Source: Cycas panzhihuaensis (taxonomy: Eukaryota > Plantae > Cycadophyta). Taken from it: a DNA stretch of 64,000 nt. Position 1 is the stretch's first letter. Each line of letters begins with the position of its first letter. A model generated the notes under the pieces. It made no database searches. It was not told the DNA's origin and saw only the letters and a program-made list of their open reading frames with translations. The stretch is from contig CM041465.1 in the NCBI GenBank assembly GCA_023213395.1, positions 120,907,741 to 120,971,740 on the forward strand. The letters are read 5' to 3'. A program made the translations under genes and the position numbers. Shown one piece after another: positions 27,884 to 42,619 of this stretch.

Positions 27884-30800
27884 TGATGAGGATGGCCTAC
27901 AAGGAAAAGGTTCAATCTCACATGCACAAACTTAAAACAAAGAAAAACCAAAGAATAGGAAGTGTCGTTTCATTTCCATTTCCATTACATTCTATTCAAT
28001 CTACTAAAAGACAATCTAAAATTATATTTATACAAGTGAAAAGGGGTAAGTCTAAAAGCTTCCAACCCAAACCCTAAAAATTCCTTTAAAAAACTTCTGA
28101 TTACCTAAAATATTAAATAAAAATACATTTTAAGTCCTAAAAAACTAGTCCACTAATGATCATTACATAAAAGTGAAAACTAGTTTAAATTTAACTATTA
28201 TTTTTAGACATGTTCGGGACATTTTTTGGCTAAAAAATTATAGGCTTACAAAGGGGCCTTTGGCCTAGTGATAAGCCATTTTGGCTTGTTCTACTCTGAT
28301 AGATCTTCGAGTCAATGCAAGAATGATTGAATTTTGATCACTAAGTAAAAAGTTATGCCCCGATTAGTAGACCCCAAAATTTAGGGAAAAAGGACTAAAA
28401 AGTGAAAAGTGAATTAAGTTATGATGAAGATCAAGGTGCTCCCGCATGATCCTTCCTAGGTTGAAAAAAGCTTTGTCCCTATGATTTGTTGTGATGAAGT
28501 TCCTACCATTTGTTAAGATTTAATCGCTTTAGCTCTTCTTCAGTGATCTGAGTGTTGTCTGCTTGTGGTAGTCCCTTCCACTGCACTAGGCACCTGTTGT
28601 ATTTTCCTTGTTGTGTACTCACATTGTCACTTTCTTCATATCTAACACCTGTTCAATTTCTTTTCATTTTTTCTTTGGTGCTTGGGGCCCCCAACTCGCC
28701 ACTTCACCTTCATAATCTACCTCTTCATCTCCTTTATGATATGCATATAGATTTGAAACATTTAAAATGGGAGAGATATCAAAGTGTTCATGTAGATTCA
28801 CCTTGTACGCGTTGTTATTGATCCTTTTAATAACTCGACATTGTCCAATCTTTTTGTATTTGAGTTTGTTGTAGGTCCATTGGGGAAATCTGTCTTTCTT
28901 CAAGTAAACCATAACTAGGTCACCTTCTTCAAATACTTTATGCCTGTGGGTCTTGTTTGTTGCTTCTTTGTACCTTTTGTTATTGTCTTATAACTTTTGC
29001 CTCACCTCCTTATAAACTTATTGTATATGCTTTGCAAAACCTTCTACATTATCACTCACTTTCTCCCCAATGGGTAGGTCTACTAAATCCAACACACCCT
29101 TGGGGTTTTTGCCATAGACAACCTGAAAAGGTGATTTACTTGTTGACCTGTTTACAGAGTTATTATATGTAAGTTCTGCTTGGACCAATGTCAAATCCCA
29201 TTGTTTTGGTTTTTCTTCGATAATGCACCTTAGTAGGTTTCCCAAACTTCTGTTGACCACTTCAGTTTGTCCATAAGTCTGTGGATGGTAGGCACTGCTA
29301 AACTGGAGTTTCATTCCCAGCTTCTTCCATAAATGATTCAAGAACTTTGTGTCCCGATTTGAAGTGATAGTCTTCAAAATGCCATGCAGCCTTGCAACCT
29401 CTTTAAAAAATAAATCAACTATCCTAACTACATCATTTGTCTTCTTGCATGTAGTAAAATGAACCATTTTTGAAAAACGATCAATAATGACAAAAATTGA
29501 ATCATTACCTCTTTGTGTATATGGTAATCCCAACACGAAGTCCATGCTCAAGTCTGTCCATGGTCTTTTAGGTACTGGTAAGGGCATATATAAGCCAGTA
29601 TTCTATGCATGCCCCTTGCCTATTTGGCATATCCTATAATATGTCACTAATTTTATCACATCACTTTTCATTTGAGGCCAAAAATACTTTTTCTCTATTA
29701 AAGCTATGGTCTTGTTTTGATCAAAATGCCCTCAAAGACCTCCACTATGCAATTCTCATATGATGTTCTTCCTCATGGAGCCCACTGGGATGCACAACTA
29801 TCTTTCCTCAAATAGGTAGCCATCTTACATAAAGTAATCATCACATAAAGAACCACATCTCTCAATTAGAGGATTCTTACAATGTTTAACAATTGTTCTA
29901 AAATCAAGGTTTGAATCATGCAAATCCTTAATGGCTTCAAATCTGACCACTTCATTTGCCATGGTGGTCAATAATGTCACTCACTTGCTTAATGCATCAT
30001 CAACACGATGTTGTTTGCCTAATTTGTGCTTCAAAATAAATGTAAAGCTTTGTAGATAGGATACCCGCTTAGCATGCCTAGCATTTAATTTCCTTTGGGT
30101 ATTTATATACATCAAGGCTTGGTGATCAGTAAATAGGACAAATTCCTTAGGTATGAGATAGTGCCTCCAATGCTTCAAAGCTTGGACAATTGCATAAAAT
30201 TCCAAGTCATAGGTTGAATACCTTCTTCTTACCTCATTAAGCTTTTCATTGTAAAACGCTATAGGTCTTCCTTCTTGATTGAGCATTGCTCCAAATGCAA
30301 CATGCAAAGCATCACAATCGACCTCAAACACTTTTCCAAAATCTGACACTGCGAGCACAGGTGCCTCTATTATCTTTTGCTTTGAGAGTTGGAAGTTGTT
30401 CTATGCTTCCCTAGTCCATGTCAACTCCTTACCCTTTATGCAATCTGTTAAGGGTGTAATACTTCCATTAAAGTTCCTAATGAACTTTCTATAAATTGAA
30501 TTAGGTTGTGAAAATTTCTTATCTCTGTCACAGTCCTAGGTGTTGGCCACTCAATAATTGCCTTAATCTTCTCCTCATCCATTTGCAATCCCTCTTGCAA
30601 AATCACAAAGCCTAAAAATACTAGGCTTCTTTGCATAAACTTGAACTTCTTCATACTTGCATAGAACTTCTCTTTCCTTAAGACTTCAAGCACCATCCTT
30701 AAGTGTATTAAGTGTTCCTTCTTAGTCCTACTAAAAATAAGAATGTCATCAAAATACACAACTACAAACTTACCAATGAACAGTCATAGCACAATGTTCA

Positions 30801-33674
30801 TCAATCTCATGAATGTTCTTGGGGCATTTGATATCTCGAATGGCATGACTAGCCATTCCTACAATTTGTCCCTTGTCTTGAAGGCTATTTTCCACTTGCC
30901 CCCTTTACAAATTCGGATCCAACGATATCTGCTTTTTATGTCGATCTTTGTAAAGTAGGAAGCACCTACCAATGCATTCAACATATCATCCATACAAGGT
31001 ATGGGGAACTAGTATTTAATTGTTATCTTGTTGATGGCTCTGGAATCAACACACATTTGCCACGGGCCATCTTCTTTAGAGTCACCAATGCTAGAACTAC
31101 ACAGGGACTCAAGCTTTCTCTTATCATTCCTTTTTTCACCAAGTTGCTAACTTGTTAATTTAATTCCTCATTCTCCATTGGATTTAACTGATAAGCTGCC
31201 TAGTTTGATAAACTTAACCTTGGGATTAGGATGATTTGGTGTTAAATGTCCCTCATGGGTGGTAAGCCATTAGATAACTCATATGGCATGACATCATTGT
31301 CCTCCTACAATGACCCTACTACCTCACTTTATATCTTTGTGCTATCCTCCTCTATTTGTCTTGCCATCAAGGCATAACAAGTGCCAGCCTCTTATACAAG
31401 TTTTATAAATTCTTTAGCGATCAGCATGCTCTTCACATGCCCTTCTTCCTTAAGTGGTAATAACTTCACTTCTACACCATTCTTCGAAAATATGTAGGTA
31501 ATATTCTTTCCATAATGAAAGGTGTTCCTACCATACTACCATGGTCTCCCCAACAACACATGGCATGCATCCATTGGGATCACATCATACCATATCTCAT
31601 TCTGATATAATTTCTCGATGCTAAATTTAACCAAACATCTCTTGCCAATAGTGATCTCATTTTCCTTTTTATACCAAGAAATGCGGTATGGAGGTGGATG
31701 TCTTTCATAACACAATCCTAACTTTTCTACCATTTCATTGGAGACCATATTCTCACAACTACCACCATCAATTATAACTTTACATACCTTTCCTCCTATG
31801 GTACATCTTGTTATGAAAATGTTGGTTCGCAACTATAAATCATCGTCTATCTTCGCCTTTCCTTTATCGTGTATGGGTTGTCATCTTGGTGCTATCATGG
31901 TTCTTCGAAGCATTAAGCTCTCACCTTCATCTACGACAACTCCTTCATTGCCATTTTCTTTTTGGTCCAAGTTCATCCTTGGATGCTTTTCTTGCCTGTG
32001 GGATTGCTCCTCATGGTGACAAGGGCATTCAAATGCCCTGTGTCCTTCCCCACATTTGAAACAAACAAAAGGTTTTGTCCATTCTCTTCCACCTCCACAA
32101 CCTCTGCCTCATTGGGCTTTTAGAAATCCTCTTCCTCTAGATTGGTTCTGAGTTCTTCTTTCTCTTTGCATTTTGCCCTGCTTCTCTCCTTCTTGTCTTT
32201 CCATCCTATTGGATGATTCTCCCCTCATATAGGGGATTCCTCCTCAACCTCTATATGAAGGTGATGAAACTCTTCTCATCATAGAGGGCCTTTGAGTAGC
32301 ATGCTTGTTTTGCTTATGTTTTGCCTTTAATGCTAACTGATATGCATCTTCCATACTTTTAGCTCTATGCATGTAAAGTTCATCGTAAATTGAAAACTTT
32401 AAACCATTTACATACCTTGTAGCAACATGTTCATCTACCTCCTCATTTTTCACACGAATGGAAAGCTTATGAACTCATCTGTGTAGTCTTGTACTGTCAT
32501 TTCTTTCTACTTTAAGTTATGGAACTTTCTGGAGAGGGTTTGAGAATAATTAACTAGTAAAAATTTCTCTTTCAACTTCTTAACCATTTTGGTCCATGTT
32601 CTGATCTTTTCTTTGCCTTTCTTCACCCTTTTCTTGTGTGGGTGATCCCATCAAATAGTTGCATGCCCGTTTAACTTCATGTATACAAACTTTACCTTCT
32701 TTTCTTTGGTCATGTTCTTCCATTCAAAGAACTTCTCCATTGCATTTAACAAATCTACTAGCTTCTCTAGTTTTAAACTTCCCTGGTAGTCTAGAATGTC
32801 GATCCTAATTCTATTGCTCTTATCTTCGAGTGCTTTTAAGAATTTTTCTTCCATTGTTTGTGGTTTTCATGGCTCACCGTTTTCTAGTCTTGTGCCATCT
32901 TCACTTAATGCCTCTTCTTCATTAGTATTTCCTTCATGCCTTTGCCTTAACACTGCAGTAGCAAGTTGTTCCATTCTCCTTTGCAACTCCTGCAAGTTTC
33001 AGTTCATTTCATCATAGTTCACCCTTCCTCCTATTCTCGCCCTTTTTTATTGCTCTTCTCTTTACCCAACCACTTTGGGTTTTAAAGCTTCTCTCGTAAT
33101 CTTTTTGTAAGGCTCTTAAGCCCCAATGAGCACTTTCTCACCATTTCAATAGGAATACTTCACCACCTCCATTGTTTCTTTAACAAATATCTGTTGCAAC
33201 GGCTCTAACTTTTATGGTTTTTCTTCAACCCTAGAGTTGAACCATGTTCTGATACCAGATGATGAGGATGACCTGCAAGGAAGACATTCAATTTCACATG
33301 CACAAACTTTTCATTTCCATTCCATTCCATTCAATTTGCCAAAAGATAGTTTGAAATTACATTTACACAAGTGAAAGTAGGAAGTCCAAACGCTTTCAAC
33401 TCTAACCCTAAAAACTCCTTTAAAATTTGTAATTGCCTAAAATATTAAATAAAACCACATTTTAAAGTTAAAGTCCTACTAAAAAACTAGACCACTAAGG
33501 GTAATTATATAAAAGTGAACTACTATAAAATTAATTGCTATTTTTAGACATACAAACTAAATTTCAATTTTTAGGCATGCTTAGGGCATAATAAACCCAA
33601 CAAAAGAGGAGAAAAGACTAAAGAAAGTGAAGTGAAAATGAATTGTTACATAAGGCCTAGATGTTCCCACATTA
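27884..33674 (-). mobile_element. Full-length but decayed Ty3/Gypsy chromovirus (CRM-like) with chromodomain
   Basis: LTRs 27884-28449 and 33260-33674, both starting tgatgaggatg. PBS tRNA-iMet 33246-33257. gag 32244-32854, PR 'KVIIDGGSCEN', RT 'YFDDILIFS', RH 'FEVDCDA', INT 29018-29587, GPY/F 28664-28912, chromodomain 'CLVQWKGLPQADNT' ~28530-28640. Decayed TSD acaat/ataac. Confidence 0.93.
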
Positions 33675-34346
33675 ATAACTCGACATTATTAATAATTGTG
33701 GATTTATTGTAGGTAACACACCCTAATTAGAGCTATAGCAGTATATGTAGGCTATACGATCTTATGTTGGGCCATGCAATTTGCATCTGGGGCTCATAGA
33801 TTATATGGTTTGATATAGAAATGGTTCGGCTGGTGACAGATTCATATAGCTTGCAATAGGTCCATATGGTTTGTTGGCAACTATAGAAGTGCTATTCACA
33901 ATCGAGTTTCTAGGCATTGGCCATACTATTGTATACATAGGGTGGAGCTACACCAAACCACATAAATAAGGAAATTAGCCATTGGAAACTAGAAAATGCC
34001 TTAAGGAGTTTGTAAGGATCTTTTGGTCTTATACACGAAGATCTGTTAGAACCATGACTCACCCGATCAAGCTGGGATCTAGTTTGTATCTCCCTAATCA
34101 TTGGCCTGGTGGGCTGCTAATTAGTTTGATACCCCTATAGATGGAGTAGTGGCCTCTTCGGGGGGTAGGGGGACCCCAACTTCAATCCCAGACCTGACAA
34201 AGGGGTGACTGAGACCTAGTCCCGGGGGCTTATTGGAAAAAAAAAAATCAAATAATAAGCCAAAATAAAATAAAGGAGGATGGCTAACATTTCAAGCGAA
34301 TAAACTTTGATAAGGGTCTTTGCTTGTATACCTTTCTCAACATGTT

Positions 34347-34797
34347 TGTTGTGGATGACTATGGCTAAGTTATGGATGTAATGGCTTCGTAATGGACAAA
34401 ATTGTGCTTTCCACTCTCTTCTTCTTCCTTGGGATGTTCACCCATGATAACAAATGATGATCTATGTTGCATTTTTGATTATGTGAAGTTGGTTTTTTAG
34501 GAGAACAAGGAGGAGTTGTTAATGTAAAGTTAGGTTTTAGGAGAGAGAATAAGAAGTCAATTTTTTAGAGAGAGATTAAATTGGCCCCTAACCTATGGCT
34601 ATAAATAGGAGAGCATTATTCATTTGTAAACCAAATCTAATATTACTCTATTGAAAGCCATTATTTGATATTGTTATGAGTTACTACTAGAAATCTAATT
34701 GACATGTGCTACTATGTTGAGGTATTTATCATGTGGACTATTGTATTTTCTGTTTAATTTGTGGGCATGCCGTAATCAAACTCCTCCTCCCCCAACA
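34347..34797 (+). mobile_element. Candidate solo LTR inside the split LTR
   Basis: TGTTG...CAACA ends and an LTR-type promoter 'ggctataaataggagagc...tcatttgtaa' near 34600; TSD not convincing. Confidence 0.4.
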
Positions 34798-35610
34798 TGT
34801 GTATATATAGAAGAAAACTTCTAAGGAGTTTTCTTTGTGGGGTTTCTAGAATGGAGTTAGTAGAGAGAGTCCTCTTTGATAACTACGCACCCCACTATGC
34901 ACTTAACCAATAAGGTTCTTTTGTCTTTTTCAACAATTTGTTTACCATATTTGAGCTTAATTTTTTTTCCTGTGACATTTGTCCTCTCCTCTTGGAGGTC
35001 ATAGTTCCTAACAAGTCTTGATTTCACAAAAAGCGTTGATTCCCAAGGCCCCCCCTCAATAGCTCTATGAGACTATTCAATCAAGTATTCATGTATTTCC
35101 ATGTTTCTTAGCTTCACTCTTCCCTCATCTAGTGTTTTTTATTGGATCATCTATGTCCTGCTCTAGTTATTGAACATTAACATACATATTTTTTTATCGA
35201 ATTTGGACTGTTCTTTCTTTAGGAACTTTAGATGAAATATAGGAGGTGTTTTGATATGTGTTCGAAGTGGTATGCAACAAAGAGGGGGAGAGAGTTCTAT
35301 AACATTTAAAAGAGGTCTAGGAAAATTAACCAAAGTACATAATAGAAAAATGCTCAAATAATTATGGAGAGGATCAAAGAATTAAGTACCTAGGAAGTAT
35401 CACTATGTATGCAACTTTGAGTGGCATTACCCTCTATACTACTACTCCAAGAAGGCATTCTTTATTGTGTTCCTTGAAAATGCCATTCCACTAGTATTTT
35501 GGGTGGCATACCCCCATCGGTGGGTCACATTACAATCATCATTCCTTGAATGGGCAACATCTTGTGAATGTTCTTTGAGTTATAGTGTGGGTTTCCAATG
35601 CATAGAAATT

Positions 35611-38285
35611 TGATCTGCGAACTAGAATGGAGGTCCTAGAGTTCTTTGAGAGTTGGATCCCTTCTCCTAAATGCTAAGGGGACTATGCAAAAGCTAGTAG
35701 TAGTTTGAGAGAGGCTTAGACTTTCCATAACATATATGAGCATGCAACTAATGCAAAGGAAGAAACGTAGAAGAGAAGGTATGAGGAAAAGCATTGTTCT
35801 TCTATTCAACTCCAAAAGAATGTAATGTACAAATAGAGAGTCCCCTCTCTTTTTAAGATGCTAAGTGCATCATTAAGTGAGGGGCAATTACATGGAACTA
35901 AAAGAATATCTACTCGATTACAAAAATTGGAAGCCAATTACAAGATAACTAACATGCACCTGCTCAATCTTAACTATTCTTAAACTAAATTTTCTTTTGG
36001 GATTGAACACAAACTCTAAAAAGAAATAGAATACATAGGTTACATTTAATGGTACATGGACGAGTGGTAATCACACTCATCAATTCATCCCTATTTAGGA
36101 GGAAATTGTTCCCAATTTCATTGTTAGCTATAGATGTGGAAATTCTTGCTCAAACATGGCTTGTCAAATCCACTTGGCTTGCATAGGCAAACTAACCTTC
36201 TTACTCACCAGGTATAAGGTAGTATGATGATTTCGTGTGGTGCACTTTTTGATGTCTAGAAGAGTGCCTGTTGGAAGTGGAGGCTAATAGATTGGCATCA
36301 TGTCCTTTTTATGCACCACTTCAACTTCTTCGCCTAACAATGGTAGTTCATACATTTGAAATTGTTGATGTTGAGGCATCATGCATCCCAAGATGAGCGA
36401 GAGGGCTAAGGTGAAGGGGATTGGCTTCTACTACCTCAGTGATCTAGTATGGCTCGAACCGAATGGGTTTGAGCTTATAGTGACCTTGATTCTTGTAAAA
36501 GTGGAACCATACTTTGTATTCCATATGGGAGTCATGTGAAACTTGATGTTGGTCTTGTTGGACCTTATACATGGTCTAGGACCTTATGAGGATCTCCTAT
36601 ATTTTGGCATGCATATGCTAGAGATACTTTTCAAAGACAACCACCTTTTGTTGGTTGACCTACTCATGACTTGTTGATGGCAAAGGAAGTGCAATTGGAA
36701 GCCCATAAGGGGCTACAAACATGAAGTCAAACCATGCTTTAAATGAAGAGTGCCTTGTTGAGACATGAATTGTATGGTCATACCCATGTTAAATCAAGGC
36801 AAGGGATCTATCTCATTGGGTTGTAACATGCTAACAAATGTTAAGGGAGTGAACCATGTCCTATTCACTACCTTTGACCATTCGTTTTTTTGGAGGCATA
36901 AAGTAGTGGAGGAATGGAATCTTAATCTTAAATGTTTCCATAGCATTCACCAAAACTGGTTGCAAAAACATGTGCCCTTGTCTGAAGTGATGGTAAGGGG
37001 CAATCCATAATGCAACTAAACATGATTGAAGAAAACTCGGGTAGTGTTTCTGCATCAACAACCTTGTTACATGAGATGAGCATTGCCATCTTTAAGAATT
37101 AACAAACTACAACCAATATGAAGCTCATGTTTGTTTTGAGTCATAGTTAGCCTATTAATAAAGTCCATAGAAGTGGACTTCCAAGGAGGAGATGGTACTG
37201 GTTGAGGCTAGTGTAGGCCTTCCTTTCGACTGGAGGGTTGAGATTGGCTGCATAGGGTGCATTGCCCAATAAATTGCTCCATGTCTGTGCATAGAGGGCT
37301 TGTAGAAGTACCTTTGCAAATGTTGCAAATTCTTTCAAACCTTGACGTGTCCCCCATAATTGGAAGTGTGAGCTTCATTCAACAATTGGTCTTTGCTACA
37401 GCTAGGTGGCACAAAAAGTTGATGTAGTCAAAACAACATGCTATTCTATGAGTGGTAGTCAAGGAATGATTGTTGATTCACTTGATAGGACTACTGGCTT
37501 AGGTGTAGATCATGTTGAAGCTTTGATTTGAGCTATAGGAATTCTTCCACTTAGAATAGATAGCACACTTAGTGTTGAGTACACCAAGCAGAGTACAAAT
37601 AAGAGGCCATCTTAAGGAAATCTACAACCTTGTTGTGGCCCCCTTCTTGTAATTTATAACCAAGTGGAATTGCTTCTAGCATGAAGGCCATGTTATATGG
37701 TGATGCTCTTGGATTTGACTTTGGGGGTATAGAGATTGGAATGGCTTGTGGCCCATATGGACGATGGTCTCTTTGTTTAAGAGAGAGTGAAGGAAACACT
37801 CAACTGGTTAAACAAGGCCATAGAACTCCTTGTCATAAGTGTTATAGTTTTGCTTTGCCTATGAGAAAAGTGGTAGGTAATAAGGTGGCCTTCTTACTTA
37901 AGTACTGCTCCTATGGCCACTTAAGAGGCTTTGGTCTCAACCTCAAAGTGGTGGTGTAGATTTGGCAATGCTAAGATTGGGAATGTGCATAGGACGTCCT
38001 TTAATCTCTAGAAGGCAGTCTCCTATGTTGGTGCCTAATTCAAGGATACCTTGCTCTTTGTAAGAGCATGAAGAGCATGGCTCACAATGTCTATGTATTT
38101 GTGGGAAAACTTAAGTTGGTGGGCCCCAAGAAATTACATAAATTTATCAATGTTTTGGGTGGAGTCCAATTGTGAATAACCAATACCTTTTCAGGGTCTA
38201 CATGAATGCCTTGGGAATCAACATTGAACCCCAAACAAGTAACTAAATCCTGTTGGAAGTAACAATTTTATATGAAGTAATTATC
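35611..38285 (-). mobile_element. 5'-truncated decayed Gypsy (RT end, RH, INT, chromodomain-like tail, 3' LTR ~35611-36082)
   Basis: 'LGFNVDSQGIHVDPEKV...W' ~38150-38270. 'KLKPIRFEPY' ~36450-36480. 'LYLVSKKVSLPMQAKW' ~36170-36230. PPT-like tract next to catca (36082). Confidence 0.8.
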
Positions 38286-38299
38286 ACGTGTTATGGATG

Positions 38300-38463
38300 T
38301 CCATTGGAAATTGATAGGCAACTGTCTATGGAATATAGATAGTTGAATAAGGTGACAAAGAAGGATCCATTCCCACTACCCTTTATAGAGGACGCATTGA
38401 AGATGGTTGGTGGAAACAAAATCTATTTGTTTATGGATGGTTTCAGTGGCCACTGACAGATCA
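38300..38463 (+). mobile_element. Short non-chromovirus Gypsy RT fragment
   Basis: Translates to YR*LNKVTKKDPFPLPFIEDALKMVGGNKIYLFMDGFSGH*QI. Confidence 0.85.
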
Positions 38464-41400
38464 ATAGATTTTTCATGTATTACTTGTAATGAATACATAC
38501 ATATATATAGAGTATGATCATTGCACATCTAACCAATCATATAAAGTGACCGGCATGACTACCACTAAGAACACTTATTAATGCCTTGTTGTAATTTTCC
38601 TAAAGGGGAGAAGACTGACTCCTTAACACTAACATACGTAACACTATTTTATCCTAATAACAATAGACCATATGAACATTACTAACTGTTGGGACCCATT
38701 TTGTTAATAAGGGGTAAATGTCGGAGGATGTGTTAACAAAGGGGATTAGTCAGGAAGTTAGAAGTAGTTATTGAGCAATGAATGACGGTTCCAAGAATAT
38801 ATATATATGTAACGAGAATAGATGAAAGGTATGCAATGTTGCACATCCTGATCTTAGTGGATGGTGCCAGACTTATATGGGATGATTACATCCTGCCTTG
38901 TGTATACTCAATTTTAATATAATAATATACTGTGTGTTGTGTATATTTTGTATTGTATTCTTGAGTTGAGTATTGTTCATATATTGCCATAGTTGAGTAT
39001 TGTTCATATAATGTTATTATGAGGATGCAATTGATTGTGTTGCACCATCTAATCTCTTCCTAGTACAAACCCATGGTTAACAGTTAACATTTGACGTTGT
39101 TCCAACCTAGGAATGAGACAAAAATGGGTAGACTAAGGTACTAAGAACAAGTTAGATGCAGATGACAATTCGCAATCGTTACAGAAATCAAACAACGTTG
39201 GGCAAGTTAAACTTCGTCCAGTTTTTAGAAGAAGACATTAGGATCATTATTGAGTTGAAAACTTTTTTGTTACAAAAAGGCATCATCGAGCAGTATTTAG
39301 ACGATATCATCATCTAAGAACTAGTAATGCTTGCTAATATTGTGGAATATCTCCATTCTGATGCACAATTTTGAACAACCAACGTACATGTTTTAAGCAC
39401 AAGACTACAAGAAAGACTAGTCAGCAATCGCAAGTAAGGAGATCTAATCGGTTACGTGCACTAAAATAACAAGAGTCAAGAACATTAACATAAATTGATT
39501 GGTCAATAATTAAACAAGGACAACAAGTGTGGCAAGCCTGGAAGCAACAATGCAGGCCTAATTTAGACTTAAAAAGAAATTAAGGAAGCATTTTCACATC
39601 TAAGTTTACGAGAACAGGAGCAGTCATTAGTCAGTGTGCAAGAACAAGAACACACTAATCCTAGACACAAGGGCCTTGTTCGAAAAGTGCTACGAATGAA
39701 GGAGAAACAAGCGTACTGACGATTTTAGACAACGGAGGCTGCAACAATTAAAGTATTCAAGATCTTTGACTAAACCACCAGAATTATCAACATCCACAAT
39801 GGCAACATCATCCAAAGGAGGTGCAGAAACTACCAACATTTAATGCAAAAGCAAATGAAGATCTGACAAGACATTGTAATGTGTGTGAAACGATATGGAT
39901 AGAGAATAGTAAACCAGACAAAGGCCATTGGCTACAATTATTTTCGGCCACGTTACAAGATGTTGCGAATGATTGGTTTAAAGAATTCAAAGAAGGTCAT
40001 TTTAAGAATTGGGTCGGCTTACGTGAAGCTTTCGAAAAAGAATTCAGATTGTTATGAGATGATAGCGAGGTGGTGGACTAAATATACAATCTCAAACAAG
40101 AAACTAAAGAAACAATAAGAATTTATAATACAAAATTGAATAGTCTAATCAAGAAAATGGAAAGTGAAGTAACCGATGGATCAAGAAAGAGGTGGTTCCT
40201 AGAAGGGTTACTTCGAAGATATCGAAGAAAACTATGAGTGGTTCCTCCTTCATCGTACTAAGAAGCAGTAGATTGCGTGATGAGTCTTGAGATTGAAGAA
40301 AAGTAAAGGGCTGGCACCAAGAGAAAGTGATTGAAGTCAAAACGAAGGATGAATCTTCTATTGAGGCCCTGAGAGAAGACTTGATGTGGATGATGAAAGA
40401 TTTCATGCAAGATCAATATAAAGAAAGACGACACATATGGTGCATCGAATGCCGAACTGAAGGACATATGGAGTTAGAGTGTTTAGAGAATCAAGGATTC
40501 AAGTATTGCAACATTTATAAAATGAGTAATCACAATACCGAAGAATGTGGGTTCAACATCCATGCGCGTAGAAGACAAGAGTGAGACGTTTTCTTTACCT
40601 GCCAAGAAACCAATAGACCTCCTCTTGGAAGAGGATACGGGTCAGGTCGACCAATATAAAGAGATGCTCAAGGACAACTGATGATTCAATGCTTCCAGTG
40701 TAAATTGTTGGGACACTTTAGTTGAGACTGCCCCAACTTAAAAACCAACATTTCAACATTACACTAATGGTGCGGGCTTGGCAATCACGATGATGACCAT
40801 TGTTTTAAACAACAAAACAAAAACGTCAAACTCGTGGGTGTAATGTCAGAAAATGGGAAAGAGGATATAGTCCAGCCCTGTCAGCCCTGCCAACATATGC
40901 AGTATACACAAGGAGAGCCAAGAAACCTAAGTACCCAGACCCTTCGAGCGAGAAAGAATGCTTATGCCAAGCTAGAGACTTAATGCAATCAATATAGGAG
41001 CAAGAACACATTGTGGTGCCAACACCTTCACAACTGGGTGATTCACTAATGCAACAACCAACGGCAGTAACTCACGGTAATGGAGTCACTACCATGATTC
41101 TGGATCAAACCCTACAAAGTGAGATAACCGTAAAAATCTCAATATTGCTTGAACACGATTCACAACTATTACAAGCACTAGAGGATTACATACAACAACT
41201 GAAGTTGAAACAAAAAAGGGTTGTTCTAGAAACTCCAAAAGATTGCATCCAAAATGCTAACAACTCAGTGGTGTTGAGTCTAAAGTAGAATATCATGTAT
41301 GTTCTCTTAGGGTTGATCATGACACAATTGTTTCAATGGCTTTATTAGGACATGTGTTACATAATAATGTGGTAGATGGTGGGGCTACAGTAAATATCAT

Positions 41401-42619
41401 ACCAGTCATGACCTGGCAAAAAATCGGCAAACCTACATTATGACCTACGTTTCGACTACGATTGGATGATCAACATGGCGTACAACCACTAAGCATGATG
41501 CGGGCATAGAAAGTTTATACTAGAAACCAGGAATTCATGGCTGATTTTGTCGTTATTTCCATGATTAACGAAACACTTCCACCATATGAAGTACTTTTGG
41601 GATGACCTTGGTTATGAACTGCGCGTGTACTCCAAAATTGAGATTGCAACACATTAATGATTAAGCAAAAAGGAAAAAAATAATTAATAAATTTGAATCA
41701 TCATATTATAAGCAAAGAATTAGTAGATTTTAGCTCTTCGGATGAGGACAATAGTAATATTGATGAGGATGAATGTACTGAAAATGCGAAAGAGGATCAA
41801 CATCCTCCGAGTATAATATTTGATGACGATAATACATGTGAACCAATTTAAGGTGTTTTGTATTTAGATCCGTGTTCTAAGGATGAGATAGAATCAACTA
41901 GTGGGTTGTTTCATTGGTAGCAACAAGAATATGAACTATTTTCATGTTATTTAGTTGAAATAGAACCGCTAGACCACATAAATGCTTACTAAATCCAAGA
42001 TATATATGAGGATTATGAGCACAAATATCCTAACCATTTTTATGAAGTAATCAAAGGAAACCAAACATTACTTCAAAATTCGGCACATAATTTTAATAAG
42101 GATCAAATTTTCTATGAGGAAACATCGCAACAATCAATAAATCTAGGCATTGAACAAAACAAGCAAATAAAAAGCATGTGAAACATGTGGGATCTGATGT
42201 TGGTAGCAACAATGACAAAGATTTTCTTGCATTATAAGGATGTTTTTGCCTGGACATACAAAGATTTAAAGGGAATACCAAGAGAATTATGCGAGCATAA
42301 GATTGAACTAATATTAGGGTCAAAACCAGTAAAACATTGGCCATATTGAATGAATCCCAAATACACAAAACAAGTAGACATAGAAATCAGAAAAATGTTG
42401 GATGCGAGAATTGTATTTAAAGTTGATACAAGTGACTAGGTTTTGCTAATTGTAGTAGTGCCCAAGAAAAATAGAAAATTCTGCATTTGTGTTGATTTTT
42501 GAAAATTGAATGTAGTAACCTTTAAAGACCCGTTTTCCATTACGTTTATTGACACCATATTGGAAGAAGTTGTGAGACATGAAGTATACTCATTTTTGGA
42601 TGGATTTTCAGGCTACAAT

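Larger units (their letters stand above)
27391..35520 (-). mobile_element. 3' end of a chromovirus-type Gypsy (integrase C-terminus, chromodomain, PPT, 3' LTR 27391-34977 split by later insertions)
   Basis: 7-bp inverted termini TGTCACA (27391)...TGTGACA (34977). Adjacent PPT (revcomp aagaggagagga). 'EYLIE*...WE' chromodomain trace at ~35000-35110. 'HIKTPPIFHLKFLKK' GPY/F region in ORF 35163-35357. Confidence 0.65.

Noticed and set aside
36765-37010. ORF beginning MNCMV, resembling the missing LKR exon (VNCMYW)
   Set aside because: No further similarity; it is the antisense strand of a Gypsy integrase.
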